From a bacterium (GTDB taxonomy: Bacteria > Zhuqueibacterota > Zhuqueibacteria > Zhuqueibacterales > Zhuqueibacteraceae): a stretch of DNA of 27,203 nt. Below are positions 12,388 through 21,687 of this stretch, in pieces. Every line of letters begins with the position of its first letter. Position 1 is the first letter of the stretch. The stretch is taken from the NCBI GenBank assembly GCA_044869275.1, contig JBIOXB010000012.1, positions 1 through 27,203 of the forward strand, in the 5' to 3' direction. The notes under the pieces were generated by a model. The model was not told where the DNA came from. It saw only the letters and a list, made by a program, of their open reading frames with translations, and did no database searches. A program made the translations under genes and the position numbers.

Positions 12388-12500
12388 TGTGCATTGCTAC
12401 CGCAACATGAATCAAAGCAATCGTTAACAATGGCCGTTTTTCTAAAAAGTGATCGCGTGGATGGCTATCCGCTTCAACCGCCAAAACAGCTGCAAAAGAA

Positions 12501-13937
12501 TTACTCAACAATCTGCGCGATCAACTTGCGCACTCTTTCTTTGCCCAGCAACGCCGCGATCGGCGGCAAGTCCGGGCCGTGCAGGGCGCCGGTGAGCGCA
12601 ATGCGAATCGGCATCCACAAGTCCTTGCCCATCACGCCGGTTTCTTTGTTGACCGTTTTCATGATTTGGCGGAAGGCTTCCGCCGTGAGCGTTTCATAAT
12701 TGCTCAATTGCCGGAGAAAGGACCAATAGACCTTTTCCGCGGCCTCGGACTGGCTCATGGCAATCGCCGCGCCGTCGGTCAAGTGCATACGCTCGAAAAA
12801 GAAGAAATGCGTTTTTTCGGCCACCTGCTCGAGATACTCCAGGCTGTCTTTCACGATGGCCAGCAACTGCTTGAGCTTCTCGCGCTCGGGCAAAACAAAT
12901 CCCGCCTTTTGCAGGAAGGGCAGGCATGCGTCGCACAGCTCGTCCGGTGAAAGCTGGCGAATGTAAACGCCGTTCATCCAATTCAATTTGGCAATGTCAA
13001 AAATCGCCGGCGATTTATTCAGGCGCTCGAATGAAATCTCTTGCATCAACCTCTCACGCGAGAGAATTTCATCACCGCTGGGCGAAGACCAGCTCAACAA
13101 GCTCAGAAAATTGACCAGGGCGTCGGGCAAATAGCCCTTGCCGGCGAATTGATCGAGCGAAGTGGCGCCGTGGCGTTTCGACAGCCGGCTGCGATCTTCG
13201 CCCAGAATCATGGGAATGTGGCAAAACTGCGGCACCGGCCAGCCGAAGGCTTCGTACATCATCTTCTGCCGCGGCGTGTTGGTGACGTGATCGTCGCCGC
13301 GGATGACATGTGTGATGTTCATGAGATGATCGTCGATCACCGCGGCAAAATTGTACGTGGGCAGGCCGCCCGAGCGCAAAATCACGAAATCGCCGAAATT
13401 ATTCGGCGGAAAGATCAATTCGCCGCGCACCAAATCCACGAAGCTCATGGCCTGAAGGGGCACATGAAAGCGGATCGCGGATTCATGTCCCTGCCGCCGC
13501 TTTTCTTCCTGTTGCGCGGCGGACAGATGGCGGCATTTGCCGCTGTAATGCGGCTGCTCGCCTTTCTTCATCGCGAGCTCACGCTCGGCCTCGAGTTCGG
13601 CTTCGGTGCAGAAGCAAAAATAGGCATGGCCGGCAGCGAGCAATTGCTGGACGTGGTTTTGATAAATCGCCAAACGCTCGGATTGGCGGTAAGGTCCGAA
13701 CGGACCGCCGACCTCGGGGCCCTCGTCCCAATTCAAATTCAGCCAGCGCAAATCCTCGAGAATGGACTCTTCCGAGGCCTGCGTCGAGCGCTCAGCATCC
13801 GTATCTTCGATGCGCAGAATGAACGCGCCGCCGCTGTGGCGCGCGAACAGCCAGTTTAAAACCGCGGTGCGGGCATTGCCGATATGCAAATGCCCCGTGG
13901 GGCTCGGGGCAAAACGAACACGTACAGAAGTGGACAT
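12501..13937 (-). CDS. gltX: Glutamate--tRNA ligase
   Basis: RVRFAPSPTGHLHIGNART, LRIEDTD, zinc site CFC..YSGKC, LSKRHG, C-terminal anticodon-binding domain. ATG 13937. Confidence 0.97.
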   Translation of the reverse strand: MSTSVRVRFAPSPTGHLHIGNARTAVLNWLFARHSGGAFILRIEDTDAERSTQASEESILEDLRWLNLNWDEGPEVGGPFGPYRQSERLAIYQNHVQQLLAAGHAYFCFCTEAELEAERELAMKKGEQPHYSGKCRHLSAAQQEEKRRQGHESAIRFHVPLQAMSFVDLVRGELIFPPNNFGDFVILRSGGLPTYNFAAVIDDHLMNITHVIRGDDHVTNTPRQKMMYEAFGWPVPQFCHIPMILGEDRSRLSKRHGATSLDQFAGKGYLPDALVNFLSLLSWSSPSGDEILSRERLMQEISFERLNKSPAIFDIAKLNWMNGVYIRQLSPDELCDACLPFLQKAGFVLPEREKLKQLLAIVKDSLEYLEQVAEKTHFFFFERMHLTDGAAIAMSQSEAAEKVYWSFLRQLSNYETLTAEAFRQIMKTVNKETGVMGKDLWMPIRIALTGALHGPDLPPIAALLGKERVRKLIAQIVE

Positions 13938-14033
13938 GAAAACTCTTGACGTTGAATGATGCTTAGCGGTTGAAATCGTCTTCGCTTTGCCACCCCATTG
14001 TTGCCTTTTCGCCAGAGATGCCAAAGCGCGGTT

Positions 14034-14501
14034 CTAATCGATCAACACGATCGCATGCGCCGCGGCGCCTTCTTTTCGACCAATGAAGCCCAATTGCTCC
14101 GAGGTCGTGGCCTTGATGGAAATCTGCGCGGCGGAGATTTTCAGCGCGGCGGCGAGGTTCTCCTTCATTTGCGGCGCATGGCGCATCACTTTGGGCGCTT
14201 CCAACACCAGCGTCGAATCGATGTTGACGACACGATATTCGTGCTGCTGCAGCAATGCGGCGATATGTTGCAGCAGCAGCAGGCTGGAGATGTTGGCGAA
14301 TTGCGGTTCATGATCGGGAAAGTGCTGGCCGAGATCGCCCAAATTCGCGGCCCCCAGCAAAGCGTCGCCTATGGCGTGGCAGAGCACATCAGCGTCGGAA
14401 TGTCCGGCCAGGCCGAAATCGTGCGGAATGAGCACGCCGCCAAGAATGAGCGGCCGTCCGCGCACGAGCGGATGGACATCATAACCGAGGCCGACACGCA
14501 T
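14034..14501 (-). CDS. ispF: 2-C-methyl-D-erythritol 2,4-cyclodiphosphate synthase
   Basis: MRVGLGYDVH, GHSDADVLCHA, KATTSEQLGFIGRKEG. Confidence 0.98.
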   Translation of the reverse strand: MRVGLGYDVHPLVRGRPLILGGVLIPHDFGLAGHSDADVLCHAIGDALLGAANLGDLGQHFPDHEPQFANISSLLLLQHIAALLQQHEYRVVNIDSTLVLEAPKVMRHAPQMKENLAAALKISAAQISIKATTSEQLGFIGRKEGAAAHAIVLID

Positions 14502-14548
14502 TTTCTTGAACTGGAATAGTCACGAATCGTAAAAGTCAACTGCGCTAC

Positions 14549-15256
14549 TCAACACGCCGGCGAAGGCACGGCGAACTCACGCACGAAAAATTCCGCCAGT
14601 TTCAGATCGTCGGGCGTGGTGATTTTTAAATTCGAAATTTCGCCTGCGATCCAAGCCACCTGGCCGCCGCTGCGCTCGACCAGCGCCGCCTCGTCCGTGC
14701 CATGTATGTGCTCCTGCTGTGCACGCTGGAACGCGTGCAGCAATGCTTCACTGCGAAAGGCCTGCGGCGTTTGCGCCAGTTTCAAGCAGTCGCGATCCAG
14801 AGTCGCCACGAGGATTTCGCCCGCCACTTGTTTCACCGTGTCCGGCAGCGGCAGCGCGGGAATGCAGCCGTCATGCTGTTCGCAGCCTGCAACGACGCCT
14901 TCCAATAGCTTCCTGGAAAAGAGCGGGCGCACGGCATCATGCACGACCACAATATCCTTGGCTTTGAGCGGCAGGGCCTGCAATCCCGCCCACACGGAGT
15001 CTTGCCGGCGTTCGCCTCCGGGCACGATTGCCTCACATTTCTTGAAATGAAACCGTTCCACAATCTCGCGGTTAAGATACGACAGCCAGGCCGGCGCGGC
15101 TACGACCACGACTTTGGCAATCAGCGCGGATTCTTCAAAACGCTGCAAGGTGTGGGCGATCACCGGCCGCTCGTGCAGCAGGAAAAACTGTTTGGGCATA
15201 TCACCGCCAAAGCGCGTGCCCTGCCCGGCGGCGACGACAATTACGTAGTTAGCCAC
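14549..15256 (-). CDS. ispD: 2-C-methyl-D-erythritol 4-phosphate cytidylyltransferase
   Basis: AAGQGTRFG..PKQF, GGERRQDSV, VHDAVRP, QTPQAF, NLKITTPDDL. Confidence 0.97.
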   Translation of the reverse strand: MANYVIVVAAGQGTRFGGDMPKQFFLLHERPVIAHTLQRFEESALIAKVVVVAAPAWLSYLNREIVERFHFKKCEAIVPGGERRQDSVWAGLQALPLKAKDIVVVHDAVRPLFSRKLLEGVVAGCEQHDGCIPALPLPDTVKQVAGEILVATLDRDCLKLAQTPQAFRSEALLHAFQRAQQEHIHGTDEAALVERSGGQVAWIAGEISNLKITTPDDLKLAEFFVREFAVPSPAC

Positions 15257-15307
15257 GCTGTTCCGCGCCTCACGTCCCTAAGTGCTCAGCAATGATTGCA
15301 GCTCAAT

Positions 15308-16336
15308 TCACACGATCAGCATCGCATCGCCATAACTGAAGAAACGCCATTTTTCCTTGACCGCGCGGCGATAGGCTTTCATTACGAATTCACGGCCCGC
15401 GAATGCCGAGACCATCATGACCATGGTCGAAGTCGGCATATGAAAATTCGTGATCAGCCGGTCAACGATTTTGAAATCGTAAGGCGGAAAGATGAATTTG
15501 TCGGTCCAGCCGCGGCCGGGTTTCACCCAGCCTTCGCTGGTGACTTCGGTTTCGAGCGCGCGCACAACGCTGGTGCCCACGGCGACCACCCTGCCGCCCT
15601 TTTTCATGGTATCGTTAATCGCCTGCGCCGATTCGAACGAAATTTCGAAATACTCCGAATCCATTTTATGCCGGCTCAGGTCCTCGACGATCACCGGTCG
15701 GAAGCTGCCTAGGCCGAGATGCAAGATCACCGGCACGATCTTCACGCCTTTTTTTTGAATGCGGCGTAACAAGTCTTTGGTGAAATGCAGGCCCGCGGTG
15801 GGCGCCGCCACGGCGCCGCGCACACGCGCATACACGGTTTGATAACGCTCTTTATCCATGTTTTCCGGTTCGCGCTTAACGTACGGCGGCAGCGGGGACT
15901 GCCCGAGCTTCTCGACGATCTCGAAGAAGTCGCCGTTGAAATTGAAGCGCACCACGCGCCCGCCGGAAACGGTGTTGTCGATGACATCGCAGGCCAGATC
16001 ACGGCCCACGGAAAGGCGGTTGCCCACGCGCACTTTGCGCGCCGGCCGCACCAGCACCTCCCACAAACCGTTTTCGAGCTGGCGCAGCAGGAAGATTTCG
16101 ACGTGGGCTTCGGTCTTGTCTTTCGTGCCCATCAAGCGCGCGGGAAAGACCTTGGTTTCATTCACGACCAAGCAGTCGTCCGGGCCGAGATAGTGGGTGA
16201 TGTCGGTAAATTTTTTTTCTTCGATCTCCTGGGTTTTGCGATCTAACACCATCAAGCGTGATTGGTCGCGCTTCTTCACCGGGTACTGCGCGATTAGTTT
16301 TTCCGGAACGTTGAACTTGAAATCTGATAACTTCAT
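15308..16336 (-). CDS. queA: S-adenosylmethionine:tRNA ribosyltransferase-isomerase
   Basis: LIAQYP, PLPPYV, YQTVYA, AAPTAGLHFT, TNFH, FFSYGDAMLI. Confidence 0.98.
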   Translation of the reverse strand: MKLSDFKFNVPEKLIAQYPVKKRDQSRLMVLDRKTQEIEEKKFTDITHYLGPDDCLVVNETKVFPARLMGTKDKTEAHVEIFLLRQLENGLWEVLVRPARKVRVGNRLSVGRDLACDVIDNTVSGGRVVRFNFNGDFFEIVEKLGQSPLPPYVKREPENMDKERYQTVYARVRGAVAAPTAGLHFTKDLLRRIQKKGVKIVPVILHLGLGSFRPVIVEDLSRHKMDSEYFEISFESAQAINDTMKKGGRVVAVGTSVVRALETEVTSEGWVKPGRGWTDKFIFPPYDFKIVDRLITNFHMPTSTMVMMVSAFAGREFVMKAYRRAVKEKWRFFSYGDAMLIV

Positions 16337-16408
16337 TTGGTCCGTTTCGTTAGGATGTTGATAACCGCTTCCTTCTCCTCGACGGCGGGCCGATGCTAGC
16401 CCGCCGTG

Positions 16409-17458
16409 TCACCACAATTCTTGTTGCGGCGCGAACTGGCCTTTACGGGTGTAGCCCAAATGTTGATACGCACGCGCCGTGGCCACGCGGCCGCGCGGCG
16501 TGCGTTTGAGAAATCCTTCTTGAATCAAGAAGGGCTCGTAAATTTCTTCCAAGGTGCCGGTCTCTTCGCCGACCGCAACGGCCAGCGTGCCGACGCCGAC
16601 TGGGCCGCCCTCGAATTTTTCAATCAGGCTGGCGAGCAGGCGTTTGTCCATCTCATCGAGGCCGAGCTCATCGACGTCCAGCCGGCCGAGGGAAGTGCGC
16701 GCGGTCTCGAGATCGATGGCGCCGTTGCCGTGAATTTGCGCGAAGTCACGCACGCGGCGCAACAGGCGATTGGCCACACGCGGAGTGCCGCGCGCGCGCC
16801 GGGCAATCTCGAGCGCCGCAGGCTCCTCGACGCTCACCTGCAATATTTTTGCCGAACGCGCGACGATGGTGCACAAATGCTCGGCGGAATAATAATCCAG
16901 CCGCATCACCACGCCAAAACGCGCGCGCATCGGGGCCGTCAACAAGCCGGCGCGTGTCGTTGCACCGACCAGCGTAAATTTCGGCAGCCGCAGTTGAATC
17001 GAACGGGCGTTCGCGCCTTTGTCGATGATGATATCCAGCTTGAAGTCTTCCATCGCCGGATAAAGATACTCTTCCACCACGTGGTTGAGGCGATGGATTT
17101 CGTCGATGAACAAAACGTCGCCCTCGCCGAGATTCGTCAACAAGCCCGCGAGGTCTCCGGCCTTTTCCAGAACCGGGCCGGAAGTGATCTTAATGCCCTT
17201 GCCCATTTCGCCGGCAATGATATAAGCCAGCGTGGTTTTGCCCAATCCCGGCGGCCCATAGAGCAACACGTGATCGAGCGCTTCATTGCGGCCGCGCGCG
17301 GCTTGCATGAACACGTGCAGATTTTCTTTAAGCTTGTCCTGGCCGATGAAATCCGCCAGCAGCGCGGGACGCAAATGCGCATCGAAATCGCGCTCTCCGG
17401 CTTCGATCTCGGGTGCGGTCGCGCGCAGTTTTTGGGGTTGCTGCACGGCTTCACTCAT
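16409..17458 (-). CDS. ruvB: Holliday junction branch-migration ATPase RuvB
   Basis: [47 protein letters not shown]. Confidence 0.99.
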   Translation of the reverse strand: MSEAVQQPQKLRATAPEIEAGERDFDAHLRPALLADFIGQDKLKENLHVFMQAARGRNEALDHVLLYGPPGLGKTTLAYIIAGEMGKGIKITSGPVLEKAGDLAGLLTNLGEGDVLFIDEIHRLNHVVEEYLYPAMEDFKLDIIIDKGANARSIQLRLPKFTLVGATTRAGLLTAPMRARFGVVMRLDYYSAEHLCTIVARSAKILQVSVEEPAALEIARRARGTPRVANRLLRRVRDFAQIHGNGAIDLETARTSLGRLDVDELGLDEMDKRLLASLIEKFEGGPVGVGTLAVAVGEETGTLEEIYEPFLIQEGFLKRTPRGRVATARAYQHLGYTRKGQFAPQQELW

Positions 17459-17586
17459 AGACGATCATTGCGAACAAAAATTCATCGACTGCAGTCTCCG
17501 CTGCCGAATGGCCGGCACGGCTTGCGAGGAAATTTGATTCGGAGCATCATGAGCGCCCCACCAAAGGGCGGGACGACGACGATAAT

Positions 17587-18177
17587 CTACAAATGCCGCA
17601 GCGTTTGTTTGATCAATTCTTCGATCGGAAAATCAGGATTCTCAGCCAACGCTTGTCGAATCGCCTTTTCGGCATTGGCGCGGGGATAGCCGAGCGAGAT
17701 CAGGGCCAGCAGGGCTTCCTCACTCGCGCGCGATGGTCCGGCAGCAGCGCCGAATTTTTCCGTTTCCGCCAGCAGCGGCGCAATACGATCGCGCAGCTCC
17801 ATCACCAGCCTCTCCGCCGTCTTTTTGCCAATGCCCGGGATCGCGGTGAGCGCATGGGCGGCGTTTTGTTGCACGTATTGACAAAAGGTTGCCACCTCAC
17901 AACCGCTCAAAATGCTTTGCGCCAGTTTGGGGCCGACGCCGTTGACAGCGAGCAGAAGCTGAAACAACTGTTTTTCCTTGGAGGTGGCGAATCCGAACAA
18001 TTGCAGCACTTCTTCGCGCACATGCAGATGCGTCAGCAGCGTGGCGCTCTCTCCCACCGCTCCCAGCTTCTCAAAAGTGGAGAGCGGTATCGCGACCTCG
18101 TAGCCGACGCCTTGCACATCCAGCAAAACCCGCGTAGGGGATTTTTCGAGCAATCGGCCGTGCAGTCGTGCGATCAT
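17587..18177 (-). CDS. ruvA: Holliday junction DNA-binding protein RuvA
   Basis: GVGYEV, LHVREE, VNGVGPKLA, IPGIGKKTAERL, ALISLGY. Confidence 0.98.
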   Translation of the reverse strand: MIARLHGRLLEKSPTRVLLDVQGVGYEVAIPLSTFEKLGAVGESATLLTHLHVREEVLQLFGFATSKEKQLFQLLLAVNGVGPKLAQSILSGCEVATFCQYVQQNAAHALTAIPGIGKKTAERLVMELRDRIAPLLAETEKFGAAAGPSRASEEALLALISLGYPRANAEKAIRQALAENPDFPIEELIKQTLRHL

Positions 18178-18263
18178 GCGCTGTGATAATTCTCCCGGTG
18201 ACGATGGGACAAGGGATCAAACCCAGAATAGGCGGAGTACCTATTCAAACACACAACAAAATT

Positions 18264-18343
18264 CTCTGTAATACAAACTCGCAAAACTTAGCTTTTTTAG
18301 CAAAGTTTCTGGTTTAGTCAGCTATAAGTGATATCTCTGCAAT
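18264..18343. repeat. 80-bp dispersed intergenic repeat, copy 2
   Basis: 69/80 identical to 8168-8247. Confidence 0.9.
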
Positions 18344-18357
18344 AAAGCAGAGATTAA

Positions 18358-18426
18358 TTCCACGCGGATTAAAAAACCACGCTGATAGTTTAAAAACTTC
18401 CGTGTGGTTTTTTGATCCGTGTGGAA
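18358..18426 (+). repeat. 25-bp-stem palindrome
   Basis: TTCCACGCGGATTAAAAAACCACGC (18358-18382) pairs with GTGTGGTTTTTTGATCCGTGTGGAA (18402-18426). 22 Watson-Crick plus 3 G-T pairs on the + strand. Confidence 0.85.
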
Positions 18427-18518
18427 CCATTTTGGTTGCGGCTCTGTCGCGTTGTGAATCTCCGTGCGCTCTGTGGCTGCGTTGAAGAGCCTTTGTGTCT
18501 TTTTGCCGCCCGAAGGGC

Positions 18519-18547
18519 TTCGATTTTCAGCACGTCTAAGAATCCGA
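18519..18547. repeat. 29-bp imperfect hairpin repeat, copy 2
   Basis: TTCGATTTTCAGCACGTCTAAGAATCCGA, 25/29 identical to 9945-9973. Confidence 0.65.
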
Positions 18548-18691
18548 AGGAGCACTCCTGCCCGCGAAAATCAGCATCATCCGTGGTCAAAAGAATACAA
18601 AACACTGCTTTTGAAAAATCTCGGAGGGCCCGGGGCGACCTCTTTGATGGTCGCGCTGACTTGCGTTGCAGTCCCAAGCAACAGGCGCAGG

Positions 18692-19195
18692 CTATCCGGC
18701 ATTTGCCCTCACCCGATGTGCGTGGCAAATCGCCAGCGCCAAAGCGTCCGCAAGATCGTGCGGCTCCGGCAGGGCCGGCAGCGACAAAATCGCCTGCACC
18801 ATACGCTGCATCTGCTGCTTCGAAGCCGCGCCGTTTCCCGTGACGGCCAGCTTTACTTCGCGCGGCATATATTCCACTACGGGTATGCCGGCGCGCGCCG
18901 CAGCCAGGAGCAACACCCCGCGTGCGTGCCCGAGCTTCAGCGCCACTTGCGCGTTGCGCGCGTAAATCAGCTTTTCCGCCACCATCACCGCCGGATCATG
19001 CGAGCGCATGAACGCGCCGGCTTCGGAGAAAATCTGATCGAGCCGCGCCGCCAGGCTTTCTTCCGCCGGCGGAGTGATAATTCTTGCTCCCACAAAAAAA
19101 CAACGACCGGACTCAGCTCTCACCACGCCAAGACCGGTCACGATCAGTCCGGGATCTACGCCCACGATGAGGTATTCTGCGTTTTTCTCCCTCAC
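18692..19195 (-). CDS. ruvC: Crossover junction endodeoxyribonuclease RuvC
   Basis: IVGVDPG, VAEKL, LKLGHARGV, VTGNGAASKQQM, DLADALALAICH. GTG start overlaps the yebC stop (GTGA). Confidence 0.97.
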   Translation of the reverse strand: MREKNAEYLIVGVDPGLIVTGLGVVRAESGRCFFVGARIITPPAEESLAARLDQIFSEAGAFMRSHDPAVMVAEKLIYARNAQVALKLGHARGVLLLAAARAGIPVVEYMPREVKLAVTGNGAASKQQMQRMVQAILSLPALPEPHDLADALALAICHAHRVRANAG

Positions 19196-19941
19196 GCTGC
19201 CAGTTGGCTCATCACTTCATCGTCGATGTCAAAGTTCGTATAGACGTGCTGCACGTCGTCGTGGTCTTCAATGGCATCCATGAAGCGCAGCACCTGCGAG
19301 GCATCTTTACCCTCGACCATCACGGTATTCTTCGGATACATGCCGATCTCGGATTTTTCAATCTTGAGACCCAGCTTTTCCAGCGCGATTTTCACCGTAT
19401 CGAAATCGGCGGGCGCAGACAGAATGTCGGAGGATTCGGGATCATACTTCAAATCCTCGGCGCCGCACTCGAGCGCGATTTCGAGCAATTCGTCCTCGCT
19501 CCTGCCGGCGGTCGCGACGGTGAAAATACCCTTCTTTTCGAACAACCACGACACCGCCCCACTTTCCGCCATGTTGCCGCCGTGTTTCGAGAAAAGATGG
19601 CGAATATCCGCAACCGTGCGATTCTTGTTGTCGGTGACCACGTCGATGATCACCGCAATGCCGCCTGGACCATAGCCTTCGTAACTGGCTTCTTCGTAGT
19701 TTACGCCTTCCAGCTCTCCCGTGCCTTTTTTGATCGCGCGCTCAATATTACTGGCCGGCATGTTGGCGGCCTTGGCGTCCTGAATGGCTTTGCGCAAACG
19801 CGGATTGGCGCCCTCGTCGCCCCCTCCCATGCGCGCGGCGATGGTCATTTCTTTGATGATGCGAGTAAACACACGTCCACGAATCGCATCCTGTTTGGCT
19901 TTGACGTGCTTGACTTTAGCCCATTTATTATGACCTGACAT
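19192..19941 (-). CDS. yebC: YebC/PmpR-family protein
   Basis: MSGHNKWAK, NPRLR, YEGYGPGG, TDNKNRT, DDVQHVYTN. GGAGG RBS. Confidence 0.98.
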   Translation of the reverse strand: MSGHNKWAKVKHVKAKQDAIRGRVFTRIIKEMTIAARMGGGDEGANPRLRKAIQDAKAANMPASNIERAIKKGTGELEGVNYEEASYEGYGPGGIAVIIDVVTDNKNRTVADIRHLFSKHGGNMAESGAVSWLFEKKGIFTVATAGRSEDELLEIALECGAEDLKYDPESSDILSAPADFDTVKIALEKLGLKIEKSEIGMYPKNTVMVEGKDASQVLRFMDAIEDHDDVQHVYTNFDIDDEVMSQLAA

Positions 19942-20094
19942 GCATCCTCCGAAAAACCACCAGGCGGAGCTATCTCGTGCTCCTCCTTAACTTATCTTGA
20001 ATTCGACCACACTTGTTTCTGCCGAAGAGTGATCTGCTCTTGGCATGGTGAAATGCCATGAACGCCACGCCGGCACTATTGCGAATAGCATACC

Positions 20095-20123
20095 AATTTA
20101 ATAAGAATTAGCCCGGATTCCAA
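20095..20123 (-). promoter_or_regulatory. Putative sigma70 promoter of the yebC-ruv operon
   Basis: Minus strand TTGGAA-17 nt-TAAATT, about 150 nt upstream of yebC. Confidence 0.45.
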
Positions 20124-20179
20124 TTAAAAACTTACATTGTTTTCATATTTGGCATGATTTTTAAGTTACTTTAATGCGC

Positions 20180-20758
20180 CTACCTCATGCTCTGCTCGGC
20201 TAGTTCATAGGCACGAATTTTAATCGACGTCCGCACCACCCAGGAGTTGGTGTACCCCTTTCCATCAGCCAGGGTTTGCAAACGTTCTGCCTCCGTGCGA
20301 TTGAGAAATCGGCCGGCGCGCACTTTGTAGTAGGGCGCATCGTAGACGATTTCAACGTCGGTATTCAAATCAAGAATCGCCAAGCGCAAGGTCTCACGAG
20401 CTTGCGCGCCGTTTTCGGTTTGCAGCAGTTGCAACTGAAAACCCGGCACGATAACCCAGGTTGTATCTCGCGCCGTGGTATCACTCGCCAGCGGCAGACC
20501 GGTCTGCGATTGCACCATGGACGAGCCGTTTTTGCGCGGGATGCTGAAAGGAATCTCCTTCAAAGCCGCAGGATCGAAGGATTCGTCGTAATTTGCGGCG
20601 GGCGCCGCCGCGGCCGGCCGTTTCGAGGCTGGCGGCTCGACTTCTTTGGGCGTGCTTTTGCTCGTTTTCGCGCCCGAGGCGCAGCCGGAGAGGAGCAGAA
20701 CGAGAAGCATAACTCCTGCAGTTTTCCAGATTGATGCCGGCGAGAAAGTGTTCGTCAT
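20180..20758 (-). CDS. SPOR-domain lipoprotein
   Basis: Lipobox LLSGC after a hydrophobic stretch. C-terminal SPOR-like GFQLQL...PYYKVRAGRFLNRTEAE...GYTNSWVV. Start uncertain. Confidence 0.82.
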   Translation of the reverse strand: MTNTFSPASIWKTAGVMLLVLLLSGCASGAKTSKSTPKEVEPPASKRPAAAAPAANYDESFDPAALKEIPFSIPRKNGSSMVQSQTGLPLASDTTARDTTWVIVPGFQLQLLQTENGAQARETLRLAILDLNTDVEIVYDAPYYKVRAGRFLNRTEAERLQTLADGKGYTNSWVVRTSIKIRAYELAEQSMR

Positions 20759-20918
20759 CGCGTGAACCTGTCGCAAAGTGTGATGGAATTATTCAAACCG
20801 ATTTTCGAAGCCGAAGAATCAAAAACAAGAGAAACTGTTGCCAGCGATATTGTTGTGTTACGTCAAAATAATCATTTCCGCCTGCCAACGCAAGCCTGAG
20901 CATGCGTTTCTTTACAAT

Positions 20919-21036
20919 CAGAGTGTGTGAAAACGCTTGGTTTCCACGCCGGCTGGGCTTGTCGGAGCCGGATTTTTGAACTGAGCACCCTTCGACAAGC
21001 TCAGGGTGCGGCATTCTCAAGTTTTCACACCGTCTG
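20919..21036. mobile_element. 118-bp MITE-like element, copy 1
   Basis: TIRs CAGAGTGTGTGAAAAC / GTTTTCACACCGTCTG, flanked by AAT...AAT direct repeat. 9 substitutions relative to copy 2. Confidence 0.82.
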
Positions 21037-21140
21037 AATGCTTTGCCGGACACCGCACACGCATAGGCGTCGCGCCCACAGTACCGTGGAGAAAACTTTC
21101 GGCATTTTGGCATTTGCGCGGTTTTGTTCAGGGTCGATTC

Positions 21141-21686
21141 TCATCCAAAAATCACGTGGCAAATCAGCACCGCCATGATCAGGCCGGCCGCGTCTGCAAT
21201 CAAGCCGACGGCGAGGGAATGGCGGATGCGTTTTATGCCCACGGATCCGTAATAAACCGCCAGCACATAAAACGTCGTTTCCGTGCTGCCGTACATCGTG
21301 GAAACGATGCGGCCGATGAGAGAATCCGGGCCATGCGTTTTCATGAGCTCCGTGGCAATAGCAAGCGAGCCACTGCCGGTGAGGGGCCGCATGATCGCCA
21401 CGGGCAAGGTCTCCGCAGGCATGCCGATCAAATTCGTCAGCGGCGAAATGATTTTCACGAACAAATCCATGGCCCCCGAGGCGCGAAACATGCCGATCGC
21501 GAACAGGATCGCCACCAAATAGGGAATGATGCGAATCGCAACATTGAACCCTTCTTTTGCGCCATCGATAAAGCATTCATACACTTTGACCTTACGGATA
21601 ATGCCCGCCACCGGAACGAGAAACAGCAGCGTGGGAATCGCCCAAATCGAAATGAATTGCACCGTTTGCCGGAATGCTTCACCCAT
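21141..21686 (-). CDS. spmB: SpmB-like membrane protein (nucleoside recognition/Gate domain)
   Basis: VYECFIDGAKEG, IPYLVAIL, RPLTGSGS, GSTETTFYVLAVYYGSVGI. ATG 21686 lies just after the spmA stop. Confidence 0.92.
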   Translation of the reverse strand: MGEAFRQTVQFISIWAIPTLLFLVPVAGIIRKVKVYECFIDGAKEGFNVAIRIIPYLVAILFAIGMFRASGAMDLFVKIISPLTNLIGMPAETLPVAIMRPLTGSGSLAIATELMKTHGPDSLIGRIVSTMYGSTETTFYVLAVYYGSVGIKRIRHSLAVGLIADAAGLIMAVLICHVIFG

Positions 21687-21687
21687 C

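Noticed and set aside
16382..16407. Hairpin ACGGCGGGC/GCCCGCCGT between ruvB and queA as a terminator
   Set aside because: No U-tract follows on the coding strand; at most a stability or pause hairpin.
18322..18843. Small ORFs in the ruvC-ruvA spacer
   Set aside because: They run through repeat fragments or overlap ruvC and show no recognisable domain.
20793..21113. Small ORFs sharing HPELVEG or FSHT/FHTV peptides (also 25647-25889 and 25711-25932)
   Set aside because: The similarity is just translation of the MITE sequence.
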